From: Eledone cirrhosa
Taxonomy: Eukaryota
Direction: 5' to 3'
Assembly (NCBI GenBank): GCA_964016885.1
Contig: OZ024742.1
Coordinates: 96,224,001 to 96,288,000 of the forward strand
Length of the DNA stretch: 64,000 nt
Shown here: positions 26,867-42,674 of the stretch, piece by piece
How positions within the stretch are numbered: the stretch's first letter is position 1
Layout of the letters: each line of letters opens with the position of its first letter
The notes under the pieces: model-generated
What the model was told of the DNA's origin: nothing
The model's input: the letters and a program-made list of their open reading frames with translations, nothing else
Databases searched by the model: none
Translations under genes and position numbers: made by a program

Positions 26867-27976
26867 ATAATATATATATATATATTACCTATCTATATAT
26901 CTATCAATCTTAATTATTAGGTAAAGAGAGAATAGTTAGATAGATAGGTAAGTTAATATCTACCTCTTTCTTTCTCTTTACCTACCTATTTATCTTTCAT
27001 TTCCATGCATCCATTTATCTCTCTAAACCTTTCTACGCATCTGTCTAGCTATCTATCTGCCTGTCTCTCTGTCTCCCTCTCTCTGAATTTCTCTATATCT
27101 CTATTTATCTATCCTCCTCTTTTCACATTGTTTCTCCAGCTTTTAGACAGTTTATTTCTTACATTTTCCTCTTTCTCACCTTCTTTTCGTTCACTTTCCT
27201 CTTTCTCACTTCCCTCTCTCACACATTCACTTTCCTTTCCTCTCTTGTCTTCTCATATGTTTCTCTCCTTTCTCTCTCTCTCTCCTCTTCATCTCCTTTT
27301 TCCTCCCTCATTCTCTCCCTCTCTCCCTCATTCTCACCCTTCTCTCTCCCCACCTTCTCTCTATCTACATGTCCAAATTGTTACTGATATTATTTCTCTG
27401 ATATGTTTAGCTGTGTTCACTTCAGGCATGTTAAAAATCTATATTGCACCACTGGTGCACATGAAGGGATGCAGAATGCAGCCTAATGCAGTTAGAACAT
27501 AAATATGTGTGTGTGTAATTGAGAAGACTGTGTTGGTATGTGGTGCATATGGATGACAATCATTTGGTGACCAATTGCTAAGAGACTCCAGTGGAAAGAA
27601 GCTGCAGTAGAGGAAGACCAGGGTAGACCTGGGCAGAGGTGATGAGAGTTGATCTTTGATTCCTGAAACTCCCAGAGGAGATGATGATGGAATGCAACTA
27701 GTGGAAAGAAACTGTTCTAGAAAATACCTATCCAATCCATCCAACCATGGAAAAATGGACATTAAGGGGGGATGATGATGATGATGATATATGATGGCTT
27801 TTGCATAGTTTATAGCTACCACATTGACCCAAAGATTTTTGGTCAACCTGAGGTTATAGTAAATATTTGCCAAATGTTCTGCACTGTGAGATAGAATGTC
27901 TTAGCTGCATAATTGTATATGTTATAATTGTATATATAACTGAGGACATTGATATTAATATATACATATATATACA

Positions 27977-28422
27977 GAAGGTGCATGGCTTAGTGGTTAG
28001 AGCATTGGGTTTGTAATTGAAAGGTTGTGAGTTCAATTCTCGGACCGGGTGTTGTGTTGTTTCCTTGAGCAATACAGCTTATTTCACATTGCTCCAGTTT
28101 ACTCAGCTGTAGAAATGAGATGATAGGACTGGGGTCCCTATCATTCCACTGCAATGTGGTCATGGAGGTGCCACGGCAAAGAGGCACCCAGCCCACACTG
28201 TAAAGTGGACGTGTAGGCGCCACGGGAAAAATAGCACCCAGCACTCACTGTAAATGAGGTTGGCGTTAGGAAGGGCATCCAGCTGTAGAAATCAAGCCAG
28301 AATCAGTTCCCATATGAGCAAGACAAGGTCAGCCAACCGGACACTGCCCACAAAAGGACAACCCGTCTAACCCATGCTAGCGTGGAAGAACAGACGTAAA
28401 ATGGTGATGATGATGGTGATGA
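27977..28422 (+). mobile_element. Full-length SINE family B (long variant)
   Basis: tRNA head, core, RTE-type 3' UTR and (GAT)n tail. Confidence 0.9.
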
Positions 28423-28779
28423 TATATATAGTGTAGCAAATGAATTTACTACAAAATATATTCAAAGTTGACAAAGTATTCAGTTTGAGTTAAAATCAGG
28501 TTTATATCAATCAAATACGTGCATTTTATTGAGAAAGTTACTACTCAGCACAGTTCACCAAGTTTGTTATGGTTGTGAGGATTAAAGTTCTACTAGAGAG
28601 TTCCAATGGAAGGGAAGATAACTTGAGGAGGTTCAATTTTGAGTTAGATAAGGGGGGAAAACTCAACAATATATCTACATCCCGTTGCCAACCACTTAGA
28701 CTTTACCATGGAAGCTTAACAAGGAGATCCTTCTATAATTAGAGCAATCTCTCTAGTCTCCGATTTTGAAAATTTAAAA

Positions 28780-29210
28780 TATCACTCCTGATTGCCATTG
28801 CTTAGCTTCATTTCTGAAGATTCACGGACACTCAGCACACATGAGCCTGGTCCCAGAATACCTTCTCTTTTAAAGTATTTTAACATCTCAGCCTGGATTT
28901 CATTCTCCCCAGCAGCCTTGCCACATATGAGCTCTTGAATTGCCCTGATGACCTCAGCCTTTGAGATGTTAGTCATTGGTCCTAGATGTAAATCATGACA
29001 CCAGAAATGTTGTTTTGACTGGGTTTCAGAGATCAGCAAATTATTCTTTCCATCTCACAAGGATGCACCTTTCTGGAGAGAGGTGAACCCCAAATGAATT
29101 CTTGATAGCAGGTGTAGAGGGCTTTTCAAGATTGGTGGATGTAGGATTGGTTGCCTGGAATTTGTTATGCTTGCCTCATCCAAGTTTTCAGTTTCTTTTA
29201 TTTGCCCCAA
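28780..29210 (-). mobile_element. RTE LINE internal fragment
   Basis: ISKAEVIRAIQEL..GKAAGENEIQAEMLK. Confidence 0.7.
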
Positions 29211-29345
29211 ATGTTTTTTAATTATATATATATATATATATCATCATCATCATCGTCGTCATCGTTTAACATCTATCTTCCACACTAGCATGGATTAGAC
29301 GGACAATATATATATATATACATATATATACATATATATATATAG

Positions 29346-29379
<34 letters not shown>

Positions 29380-29384
<5 letters not shown>

Positions 29385-30020
29385 CATCATCATCATCATC
29401 ATCATTTTATGTCCGCTTTTCCCTGCTTGCAAGTGTTGGATGGGTCCTATTCCACTTGTCACAGTCCTTCGTCATCTCCTCAGTGAGTTTCAACACTCTG
29501 AGGTCTGCTCTCACCACCTCGGCCCATGTTGTTCGTGGTCTACCTCTACTGCGTCTTCCTTCTACTGGGATTTCTTGGCACTTCTTTATCCAGCGGTCAT
29601 CCTCCATGCACATCACATGTCCATACCATCTCAGTGTTCTCTCCTGCACACCACAACTTATCCCTCTTATACCCAGTTTCCTTCTCAAATCGTCCATGCT
29701 TGGTTATTTACGCACATTGACATTGCACATCCAACGGAGCATACTTGCTTCATTTCTCTCCAGCCGTCACATATCTTCTGCAGCTGCTTCCCATGTCTAA
29801 CTACCATGCAACATCGCACATCTCACACAGGCATCATATAACCATCCTTTCGTATGCAGGGAGAAACCCTTCTTTCTCAACAGAGTAAGCAGCTCCCTAA
29901 ACTTCTTCTAACCGGTCCTTATTCTAGATACTATGGCCTCGGAACACCCTCATCCCATGCTAATCTGATCACCTAGGTACCGGAAGCTATCAACCACTTC
30001 TATAGAACCCCCCTGCATTG
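29380..30020 (-). mobile_element. RTE LINE 3' fragment
   Basis: FRYLGD, LRWYGHVM, GRPRTTW; (CAT)n tail. Confidence 0.88.
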
Positions 30021-30949
30021 GAAAAATGTGTGTATATATATACATATATGCATATATATGTATATATACATATATATAAATATACATATATCTAACCCAT
30101 GCCAGCATGGAAAAATGGACGTTAAACAGTGATGATGATGATGTGTGTGTATGTATATGTATTTATTAATGTGTGTTTTTGCGAAACTATGTATATTTGT
30201 GTGCTGATAGAGAATGCCTTTGTGCGTCCATGTGTGTAAAAATTCTTGTCAGATAATCTTTAGAAAAAGAAAAAGGAATAAGAAAAATGTTGAAAAACAA
30301 ATTAAAAATTTAGAAAACATTTTTTTAAATAGGCAACAGGAAAACAAAAGAACTGAATATGGGATATAAATATCCATAATTTGGACTTGTTTTTTTTGTT
30401 TAGTTTTTCCTTATATTTCTCAGAAGCTCATTGCTGATTTTGACAGCATATGCCAGGGCTGGGTTTACATTGTTTTACTTACCTGTTTCTCCAATCTGTC
30501 AACATTTCAGAAAACAGGATAAAAAGTGAAGGAAAAAATAATGTGCAAATATTATTTACACATAATACATATTCATTCCTTTCTGTTAGCTTCATGGAGA
30601 ATTGTATGTATATTTTTAATTATATTTTAATTTATTTTATCATAACTTTAATTTTGAATGTATTTCCTTATTTTTTTTCCTTTTGCTTTCAAGATACTTT
30701 GGCTCTAAATAGCTAAATGTGGGTGATCTTTTTTTTTCTTGGAAGAAATAAGGGATGAATGGCAGAAAAAAGACTCAGAGGTGAAAAGTGGTTCATGTGC
30801 ATGTATATATGTATATTTCAAAACATACGTGGCCTACTGATCATAAGGTCATGAGTTTGATTCCTAGACTGGGCACTGCATTGTGTTCTTTATGAAGACT
30901 TTTCATTTCACATTGCCACTGGCACCATCATCATTAAAACGCCCAAGTC

Positions 30950-32095
30950 ACTCTTATGAGATGCAACCTCATAGGAGACTGACTAAACCTACATTAGTGA
31001 AGAAGCTTTCGTCATGTTGGGAAAAAAAGTTATCAACAATAGTTAAGGCGTCATCATCACGGCAATACTTGTTCCCAACCAAGTGTTTCTTCATGTTGGG
31101 AAACAGATAATAGTTAGATGAGGCCAAATCAGGAGAATAAGGAAGATGATCAACCAGTTCCCAACCACAGTGACGTACAGCATCCATTAAAGCCAAGGAC
31201 TTGTGAGCTGAAGCATTGTCCTGTTCAATCAAGACACTTTTTGTCAGTTTTCCTGGGCATTTGGTTTTGATAGCCTTTTGTAACAGTCTCAGCAAGTAAG
31301 AATGTTACTCTCCATTTGAAGGTAGTCAATAAACACAATGCCTTTTGCATTAAAAATAAATTGAGGCCATCGTCTTCCATGCAGATCAAATGACTTTGGC
31401 CTTTCTGGAGCAAGTGAGGAGGAGTGTGTCTACTCTATGGATTATCTCTTTCTTTGTCTCTAGCTCAAAATGATGAAGCCAACACTCATCCTGAGTTAGG
31501 AAAGATTCAAGGAAACCAGCTGAATCTGCCTCAAATAATGTAAGATTTTCCCATAATGTGAGCAACTGGGTATGCTTTTGATCAGGTGTCAGAAGAGGTG
31601 GCATCCACCAAGCAGAAGCCTTCACCATGCCATGTTCATTGAGCAGAATATCTTCAACTATCGCCTGGGATATGCTAATAGCATTGACTATTTGATCTAT
31701 AATCAATCACCTGTCATCTGTCACCTAGTGGTCAAGAAAATCAATTTTTTCCTCAGTGGCAGTTGCAGGATGTCAAAACCTTGAGTCATATCCAAGAGTC
31801 TCCCTTCCACTCCTAAATTCAGCTACCCACTTTTATACCCATGTTAAACCTGAGCCATCACACCTTAATATAACAACCATGTCAGCATGAATATCATTGG
31901 GGTCTAAACCCTTTTCCTGCAGGTACTTGATAACACCACAATGCCAAATTTTGTTCATTTTCATGAGAAGTCAGTATTAGTTACTTTTGATGACTCCTTT
32001 GAACAGGCAGATGTTAGTTTACCTGAAACAAAACAATAGAGTTATTAATAAGAAAAGTTGAAATTAATGCATGCAAGATTTCACTTCTCTAGTAT
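30950..32095 (-). pseudogene. Tc1/mariner transposase relic
   Basis: WMPPLLT, TQDECWLHHF, QDNASAH, HLPYSPDLASSNYYLFPNMKKHL: mariner DDD-type motifs, frameshifted. Confidence 0.9.
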
Positions 32096-32408
32096 CGCTT
32101 GTTCCTAGTCAGCAGACAAATTCTCAAATATATATATATGTATGTGTATGTGTGTGTGTGTGTGTCTAGGGCAGCAGATTGACAGAAATGTTATCACAAA
32201 TAGTTCAAATCCTGCCCATGCCAAATTTGTCTTATCTTTTCTGTGTTGATGTAATATGAAGTGCCCAGCAAATACTGCAGTCAATTACTCGACTACACCC
32301 TCTCTAACTTCCTACATTTGTTGTTTGTTGCTGGAAACAAGTATTTATGTAAGTATGTAAGTGTATAATTTGTATTGTATCTATTGTATTATTTTCTCTC
32401 TCCTTCTC

Positions 32409-32441
<33 letters not shown>

Positions 32442-32749
32442 GTCACATGTACACACACATACACACACATTTGTGCAACATTATCTGAATTATTAAGCCA
32501 TTTCCCTTCTTCAAAATCAAATTTTTATTTCCTTGTGGGTTCAAGTTTGAAGAATGGAGCTGACCCCTTGAACTTCACAAAAAACTCGTAGATCAGTGAG
32601 AAAAAGTGGTTTGTGTTCCTCTTCAATTCTTGACGGATGCTTACTGCAGAAAAAATGTGGTCAAGGAGGAAGTTTCAGGCCCCAATTTGTCTAAGTACTT
32701 GGAGAGAAAGACTTGTCATAGTATGCAGTTGTGTAGGCCAAGGATATTT

Positions 32750-33310
32750 AGAGGATCTACTCACCTTATGGGCATTTATTTTACATCTGGCCTTTACCTA
32801 TTAGCAACCTTGTGGTTTACCATTTTATACCTTACCTTTCTCTATTGGCAGATTTGGGGTCATACAATTTATATCTGCTCTTAGCCCATTAGCATCTTTA
32901 GGCCCTACATTTTACATCTAGCCTTTGTTTATAACAAATTTGTGTGTTTATATTTTACAATTCATTTTGGCTTAACGTCAACTTTGTGGTGGTGAGAGGT
33001 ACATCTGCTCTCAGCATGTTAGCTGCTTTGGAAGCCTACATTTTATATCTAGTCTTGGCCTATTAGCAGTGATGGGACACCAAGATTTTACAGCTGTCCT
33101 TTGCCTACAATCAGCTTTAAGGGCCTTACATCTGCTCACAGCCTATTAGCAGCTTTCAGATGCTCTGTTGCCTGTTACCAGTTTTCGGTGGGGCCTGCAT
33201 TTTATGTCTGACCTATTGCCAGCTTTGAGGGCTTAAATTTTATATTTGGCTTTGGAGCACTACATTATAGACAAAGCCTAAACCTATTATCAGCTTTGCA
33301 TGGGCCTGTC
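32750..33310. repeat. Degenerate ~40-45-bp tandem repeat
   Basis: Recurring CATTTTACATCT(G/A)...CCTATTAGCA(G/A)CTTT motif. Confidence 0.65.
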
Positions 33311-33569
33311 TGAGGGGAAGGAAATATGATTGTATGTTGTCTGAATTTGTTGACTGGCCACTCAATGTCACTCTCTCTCTAGGTATTGGTCTAGTATTGA
33401 TCTCTAGGTATTATTGGTTAGTAGTGTGAGTATGTATGTACTTTTGTGTGAAAGAAGGGTGTGTTGATATATATGTCTGTGGTTGGTATTCACAAGAAAT
33501 TCACTTATTATAGTTGTATACATAATTAGTAGTCAACGTATTTAGACATTAAATAGGTTGCGTATAGTA

Positions 33570-35660
<2,091 letters not shown>

Positions 35661-35830
35661 TATAGTCTGTGTGTATCCATATCAGAATAGGCTCACCATA
35701 TCCTTGAATATTATAAGTGCTGACTAAATGGGTTGCTGCCAAGAAGGACATTCTCCCATAAGACATTACCTTAAAGTCCCCACCCTTTTGTATGAAACTT
35801 TCGAAGAGAAAATTACTGTTCCTGTGTGTG

Positions 35831-37042
35831 TCATCATCATCATCATCACCGTTTTACGTCCGTTCTTCCACGCTAGCATGGGTTAGACGGGTTGTCCTGT
35901 TGTGGGCAGTGTCTGGTCGGCTGACCACAGGAACTGATCTGGCTTGATTTCTACAGCTGGATGCCCTTCCTAACACCAACCTCATTTACAGTGAGTGCTG
36001 GGTGCTTTTTTTTCGTGGCGCCTACACGTCCACTTTACAGTGTGGGCTGGGTGCTTTTTTGCCGTGGCACCTCCACGACCACCTTGCGGTGGGGGGAGTG
36101 GGGGCATATTGTTTATATGCTTCAGCATGCACCCATGGGAGGTCGGGTACCCTGAATTACTGCGTGACTCCAGAAGTCACGGTCGTGTGTCATTGACTTT
36201 GAGAGGTGTAGTTGGGTAAGGTCGGCTTTTATCACCTCATCCCAAGTCATCTTGGGTCTCCCCACTCCGCGGTTTCCATCAACTTCTAGTGCTCTGCACC
36301 TTTTTATGCAGCTGTCATCCTTCATACGCATCACATGTCCATACCAGCGTAACCGCCTCTCCTGCACGCAGCATTTGATTCCTCTTATGCTCAGTCTCTC
36401 TCTCAATTCCTTTATGCTTTGTCGTTCACGTATATTACTGTTACACATCCATCGGAGCATGCAGGCTTCGTTTCTCTCTAATCTACGTAAGTCTTCCACC
36501 TTCAGCGCCCAGGTCTCACTACCATGCAACATCGCTGTTCGGATACACGCATCATACAGTCTGCCTTTCATTCTGAGGGAGAAGCCTTTTGCAGCTAGCA
36601 GTGGTAGTAGTTCCCTAAACTTCTTCCATCCCGTTCTTACCCTAGTTATTGTACTTTCTGAGCACCCACCTCCGTTGCTAATTCGGTCACCTAGGTAGCA
36701 GAAGCTGTCTACTGTTTCTACAGGGCCCTCCCAGAGATTGGTGGTACTTGTTTCCTGTGGCTGTTTGCTTGCTGTTTCAGCACAGCTGCTGCATGTGAAT
36801 CCTACATTCTTAATTAAGCTTCCTGAGATCCCGCTACATCTCTTGTGTACCCATTGTTTGCATTTGGGGCAGAGAATGGAGTTCCTACCTACACCTTTCC
36901 TACATACTGAGCAAGGCCATTTCCCTGATGGGATCTGGGTTCTGTTTTCTCGTCTACTTACAAGGACCTTAGTCTTTGTCATGTTGACTTTGAGGCCCTT
37001 TCTCTCTAGTCCCTGCTTCCAGGTTTGGAATTTATTCTCTAG
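35831..37042 (-). mobile_element. Young 5'-truncated RTE LINE (PHD-containing), open C-terminal ORF
   Basis: ORF 36122-36982 with PHD-like Cys/His cluster, YLGD, HGSETW, RLRWYGHV; (CAT)n tail. Confidence 0.92.
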
Positions 37043-37065
37043 GTGTATATATGGAATTTATTCTC

Positions 37066-37120
<55 letters not shown>

Positions 37121-37652
37121 TTAACATCCTTTAACATCTCCATTTTATCGAGATTCATACACACACACACACACACACATATATGAGTAGACCAAGAAAA
37201 ACCAAGGGTAGAGGTGGTAATACCCAACCTCAAATCAATGAGACTCACAGAAGAGAGGACGAAGGAATGCATCAAATAGAGGGTTGCCAAGCTGAGAAGA
37301 AATCACTGAATCATAGAAAAGCAGATGCATTAAAGGTGATGTTGATGATGAAGATGATGATTTCTCCTCTCTTCTTGGTTTTTCTATTTTCCTTTTTATT
37401 CTTATCTATCTTCCTTCTCTTTCCCAAACATCCCCTCTACTCTCTGTTTTTATCTTCCAATGATGGACTAGTATAGGAAATGTTAAAATTCTGTTTTGAA
37501 TTGTTGAAGTGTTCTACTAATATACAATTATTGTATGATGCTCTTCCCTTATATTTTTTTCTTTCTTATCTTATATATGGAGTGCTGAGAGAATTTGAAA
37601 TCTGAAAATGTGAGTATTCCAAATGAAGAATATTACTGTAATATCAATCAAT

Positions 37653-37834
37653 AATTGTTTCTACTTTAGGCACAAGGCCAGCAATTATCCAGTGCATTAC
37701 TGGTACTTTATTTTATCGACCCCGTAAGGATGAAAGGCAAAGTCAACCTCGGCGGGATTTGAACTCAGATCGTAAAGGGACGTAACTATGCTGGAAAGCA
37801 TGACGTCCGACCCTCTACCGATACTGCCAATCCA
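37653..37834 (-). mobile_element. SINE family A with TSD
   Basis: Reverse-complement family A sequence; AATCAATAAT at 37646-37655 and 37835-37844. Confidence 0.9.
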
Positions 37835-39069
37835 AATCAATAATAATAGATAATATTTCAAGACAAATCGAGTAAAAATACATTCAGAGATAGGAAATAA
37901 TTAACATTAGTACCTGTGACATTGAAATCCTCACAGGATCTTCACAAAATATCCACCAATATTGGACTTTTAGGTAAGGCAACTCATTTGATCCATTTTA
38001 AAAATATCCAGTCTTTATCTGAAACAGAAAACAGTTTTAGCAATTGTATATGCTGGATATTTTACAGGATCTTTAAGGCATACCTATAATTTTTGCTACC
38101 CCAACTCTCATTTGTATCCTTATAACATTCTTAATAATCTATACTTTAAAGGGATTTTGCAGTGATAAATTTTCAAAGTTTTGGGTTTTACTGAATAAAT
38201 ATTTGTTTATTTGACTAAATGTAGACACATGAATTGTTTTATCATGTCTTCCAATTTGATGTTCCTCATCATCATATTTTGAGGCACTTTTACTATGCTG
38301 GTGTGCTTTGGAAAGGACTTTTTGAGGTAATGTTTTACAGCAGGATGCCCATCCAGTCACTAACACTATTAGTTACTGTTTACAATATGAACAGATACGG
38401 TGTCCCAGATACACACAATTATGACTTAAGTTGTTAGAAAAAATGACATCAATCAAGATTATGTCTGCAGGCATAATATATCTTTGCAACAGTTAGAAGT
38501 TTCATTAAAAAATACTTTCAAGATAATTTTAATCTACAAATCTAAAAATGTATATCTGAATAAGTATCATTAAGAAAATTGTTAGGAAACAAATCGTATA
38601 GGATCAACTAAACTGTAGGTATGTCATCCATAGTTATACATTTAGTAAGCAATAACTCTACACTCTACACTAGCAATATCATAGAACCAGAGGCAGTTTT
38701 AGGAGGTTTGGTATCAAAGAAGTTTAATATCAGCTCAAGTCAGCATGTGGCAGCTATGAAGATATCACCTAGGTGAGACAAGAACCTGAAATATATACAC
38801 ATATGTGCATGTATGTGAGTAAAAGAGACAATTGAATTTCATGTCTCTATTAAATTTCTTTTGATTATAGTTTCCCTTCAGAACCTAATGAGTAAATGTA
38901 GATGAATTTCTAATGAGATTCCTTTTGTAATAAAACATCTTAGTGATATTCTTTTAAGCATATCAAGAGGTTGTAACATATCTATAATTTATTATTCCAA
39001 TATCTCTTTATCTATCGACATACATATATGTATGTGTGTGTGTGTGCAATGATGATGATGATGATGATG

Positions 39070-39100
<31 letters not shown>

Positions 39101-39735
39101 TTCTTTGCTTCAATTGTCAGTTAACTTATTCTGTCTGAGATGTATTGCTGCATTGAATCTCTTCTTAACTAACTTTTGTGAGGAGAATCTAGCTGAAGAT
39201 GCAAGCTTACGATGTCGTGCCAAGCAGTAGTTGATTTCACTGCTGCCCTTATTTTATAGGCTTTATTGAACTGTCCTTATTTTATAGGTTTCATTTTATA
39301 CACTTCGTCTGAGGATCATTGAACGCAGATCAAGCACCTTAAGTATGATCTTGCATGACAGCTCCTTTAATGTCCCAGTAAAATTTAGTACCATTGTACG
39401 TTTTCATCAGTAACCTGTCCTTTATGAAGCACTCTGTCCTCAAATGATGTTTCCATATTCATGATATGCTCGCATCATAGAGTCTTCAAAAGTATTGAAA
39501 AGGTGTGCATTTCCATTGATTGTCATAAAGATATCTTTTATTATTCCTCCTATTACCTTTCTCCACACCTCCTCTCAGAGATGCTATTACCTTTCTTTAA
39601 CTGCAGCTGCCATGTGTGTTTATGGAACTGCAAATCTTTATCACTGTTCACATCAACTACTTTTTTTCTTCAGCAATTTCCTGTTGATGGTTCTTCATTT
39701 TTGTAAGAGCTGCTTTGGCTATTTTAACCTAAATG

Positions 39736-39773
<38 letters not shown>

Positions 39774-40131
39774 ATATATATATATACACAAGTATGTATA
39801 TATCTATGTATACGTATGTATGTACGTATATATGCATATATATATATATATATATATATAAATATATATATGTGTGTGTGTGTGTGTTTAGGTATACATG
39901 TATATGTATGTATATATGTATATGTATGTATATATGTATATATATTGTCCCAATAATGAACAGTTAACACCAATACCGATGGCACCTTCTCACTAGTCAA
40001 AGATCAATATTATTGATACTGTAACTTATCACTCTATCTCTCACTCCCTTTTCTTATATATTTATATCAGCAAATGTGTGCATGAAAAAACGGACATAAA
40101 TGCCAAAAACCCTGGAAATACAATTCACAAG

Positions 40132-40164
<33 letters not shown>

Positions 40165-40198
40165 CATATTAGTATGTGTATACATATATATATATAAC

Positions 40199-41050
40199 TT
40201 ACAGAATAATCAAAACTATGTTCAAAACATTTTATTGCTGACAATCGTTTCTTCCAAACGTTCGTTTGGAATCATCGGAGCGTTGTATTTTAGGAAATGT
40301 TTATCTACTGATAAACATTTCCTAAAATATAACCAATTTAATGGAAAGAAAAACCTTGATATTTACAACGCATCTACATTTGAAAATTACCAGAACAATT
40401 ATCACATTTCATCCACCATAAACTCACACAGAAACTGCTTTCCCTACCCACACATTCCTCACTGCTTAATATACTATTACACCTATATTATGTGATATCT
40501 TTGCCAATATTGTGTTATATATCCTTATTACCATTGCTTGTTCTTTTACCTTATTATTCTGTACATGCCTAATACCTCTGCACTCTTTCTATATGTACGC
40601 CTATGCACTACTAATGTCCTCATTTTGCGAGTAACTTTCTTTCATAATTCTTCTATATTTGTTTTATAATTCTTATAATCTTTGTCACACCCACTGCTAC
40701 TGACCACATCATCTTCACTCTTTAAATATGACACTATTGTTAACAACAGTAATATCTACATATCTTTACGATTGTTCTGTGGAATAGGAGGTTAATTATA
40801 TGTTTAAACTTTGCCAATGCTCCCATGATTCCAAACAAATGTTTGGAAGAAACGATTGTCAGCAATAACATGTTTTGAACATAGTTTTGATTATTCTGTA
40901 ATTTATATTCCTGCTCTGTAAGACATCTGTTGTATTTACATTGAGATATTTTTCATACTGGTATTAAGGTTGTAAAAAATAAAAAATACTGACCTTTCCT
41001 GTTTATGATTATATATAGTGTATATATAAGTATAAATAATATTATTATTA
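40199..41050. mobile_element. (TA)n-flanked element with ~87-bp inverted repeats carrying hammerhead motifs
   Basis: 40199-40285 is the reverse complement of 40816-40901. The right arm continues to ATTATTATTAC and is homologous to 16690-16910. Confidence 0.78.
40237..40281 (-). ncRNA. Minimal type I hammerhead-like ribozyme (U4C variant)
   Basis: GCT-CCGATGA-TTCCAAAC(gaac)GTTTGGAA-GAAAC-GATT-GTC-AGC, with a perfect 8-bp stem II. A decayed partner lies at 40818-40864 (+). Confidence 0.65.
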
Positions 41051-41280
41051 CATATACATATATATATACACACTTATTCAGTTAATGAAAGTTGGCTGAT
41101 CAAATAATCTACCAACTATTTGTAAACAAGCATAAAGCACTCCATGATTTGTATTCCTTAGGATATTCTCTGTAAAGTATTAACTGGAGTTTAAGTATAA
41201 TAAAAAAGTATGGTGGTTTTATTCATACCACTTCAATTTGTTTACACAATTCCATTATATGTACATATATATATATATGT

Positions 41281-41632
41281 ATCATCATCATTTCATTTCA
41301 TTTTACGTCCGTTGCAAGGGCGGGACGAGAACTGATTCTGGCTTGATTTCTACAGCTGGATACCCTTCCTAACACCAACCTCATTTACAGTGAGTGCTGG
41401 GTGCTTTTTTTCTGTGGCACCTCCACGACCACTTTGCAGTGGAATGATAGGGACTCCAGTCCCATCATCTCATTTCTACAGCTGAGTAAACTGGAGCAAT
41501 GTGAAATAAAGTGTCTTGCTTAAGGAAAAAACACATCACCCGGTCTGAGAATTGAACTCACAACCTTTCGATTGCAAGGCCAATGCTCTAACCACTAAGC
41601 CATGTGCCTTCATATATAGTGAAGGCACATGA
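41281..41632 (-). mobile_element. SINE family B, head-to-head with an older SINE head at ~41619-41740 (+)
   Basis: Matches family B. Confidence 0.85.
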
Positions 41633-41824
41633 CTTAGTAGCTAGGGTATTGAACTTATGATCATATGATTACAGGTTCAATTCCTGGACCAGAAGACATA
41701 TTATGCTCTTGAACAAGATGTATCATTTCACATTGCTTCCCTGATAAAACAAGGACCCTATCATTAAATCCCCTGAGAAACAACTTACATATCTCTGAGC
41801 TGTCTATTACATATATATATATAT

Positions 41825-42019
41825 TTATTTATTTATTAAAATAACAGATTAAAGTTTAAGCAAAGAATCGCTACTTTCACCCTTAACGGGATCTTCTGAA
41901 ACTAAAAAAATCTGTGAACGTATAAGTAAATATTTGCTCTACGGTTCTTATATATTTGATATATATTTATCCTTATCGAGCCCTCTTTGGATTTTAGTCT
42001 TCAAATTTATTATTATTAC

Positions 42020-42020
<1 letters not shown>
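41825..42020. mobile_element. (TA)n-associated short element ending ATTATTATTAC(TA)n
   Basis: Repeated at 5745 and 6610/6940. The minus strand has CAGAAGA-TCCC(gttaa)GGGT-GAAA, a divergent hammerhead-like motif. Confidence 0.6.
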
Positions 42021-42054
<34 letters not shown>

Positions 42055-42674
42055 GAACGCATACATAGATATGTTTGAAGTTATGTTATTAGTGGTAGTT
42101 GTTAAGTTTATGCGGAAAATGGAACTTTTGAGCTAGATATAGTACTCCAACATATCTAGTCTTAAATTACAACACATTTAACTCATGCCAGCATAAAAAA
42201 GCAGACACAAATTAGTGATATGTATATATATATATATCATCATCATCCTTTTACATCCATTTTTCTAGTCTTGCATGGATCTTTTCCAGCATGGCCTCCA
42301 TCTACTCATTTTTCTTCATCATATCTGTGAGGTTCAGTAATATGAGATCAGCCCTCACTCCACCTCTACCAAGGTCTTTCTCTACACCAGCTTCCTTTCA
42401 GTGAGATATCCTGGTTCTTCTTGTAGGACTACCTGATGATAAGTGTCGCATATTCCTAGCTTGCCAAAAAACAATTTCCGATATTAGTGGTTAGAAGATA
42501 TTTTCTGGGGTCAAAACCCAAGTATTTTGGTCAACACGAATATCTTGGTCAACCAATATATTTTGGTCCAGGTGATGAAGTGTAAGTATCCCAGCTCTTT
42601 CTTCATTTAGCTGTTGGAATTCTTAAATTTCTTTGAGCGTTGTCTGACTGTTTATTCTATATGGGTGCAGCTTT

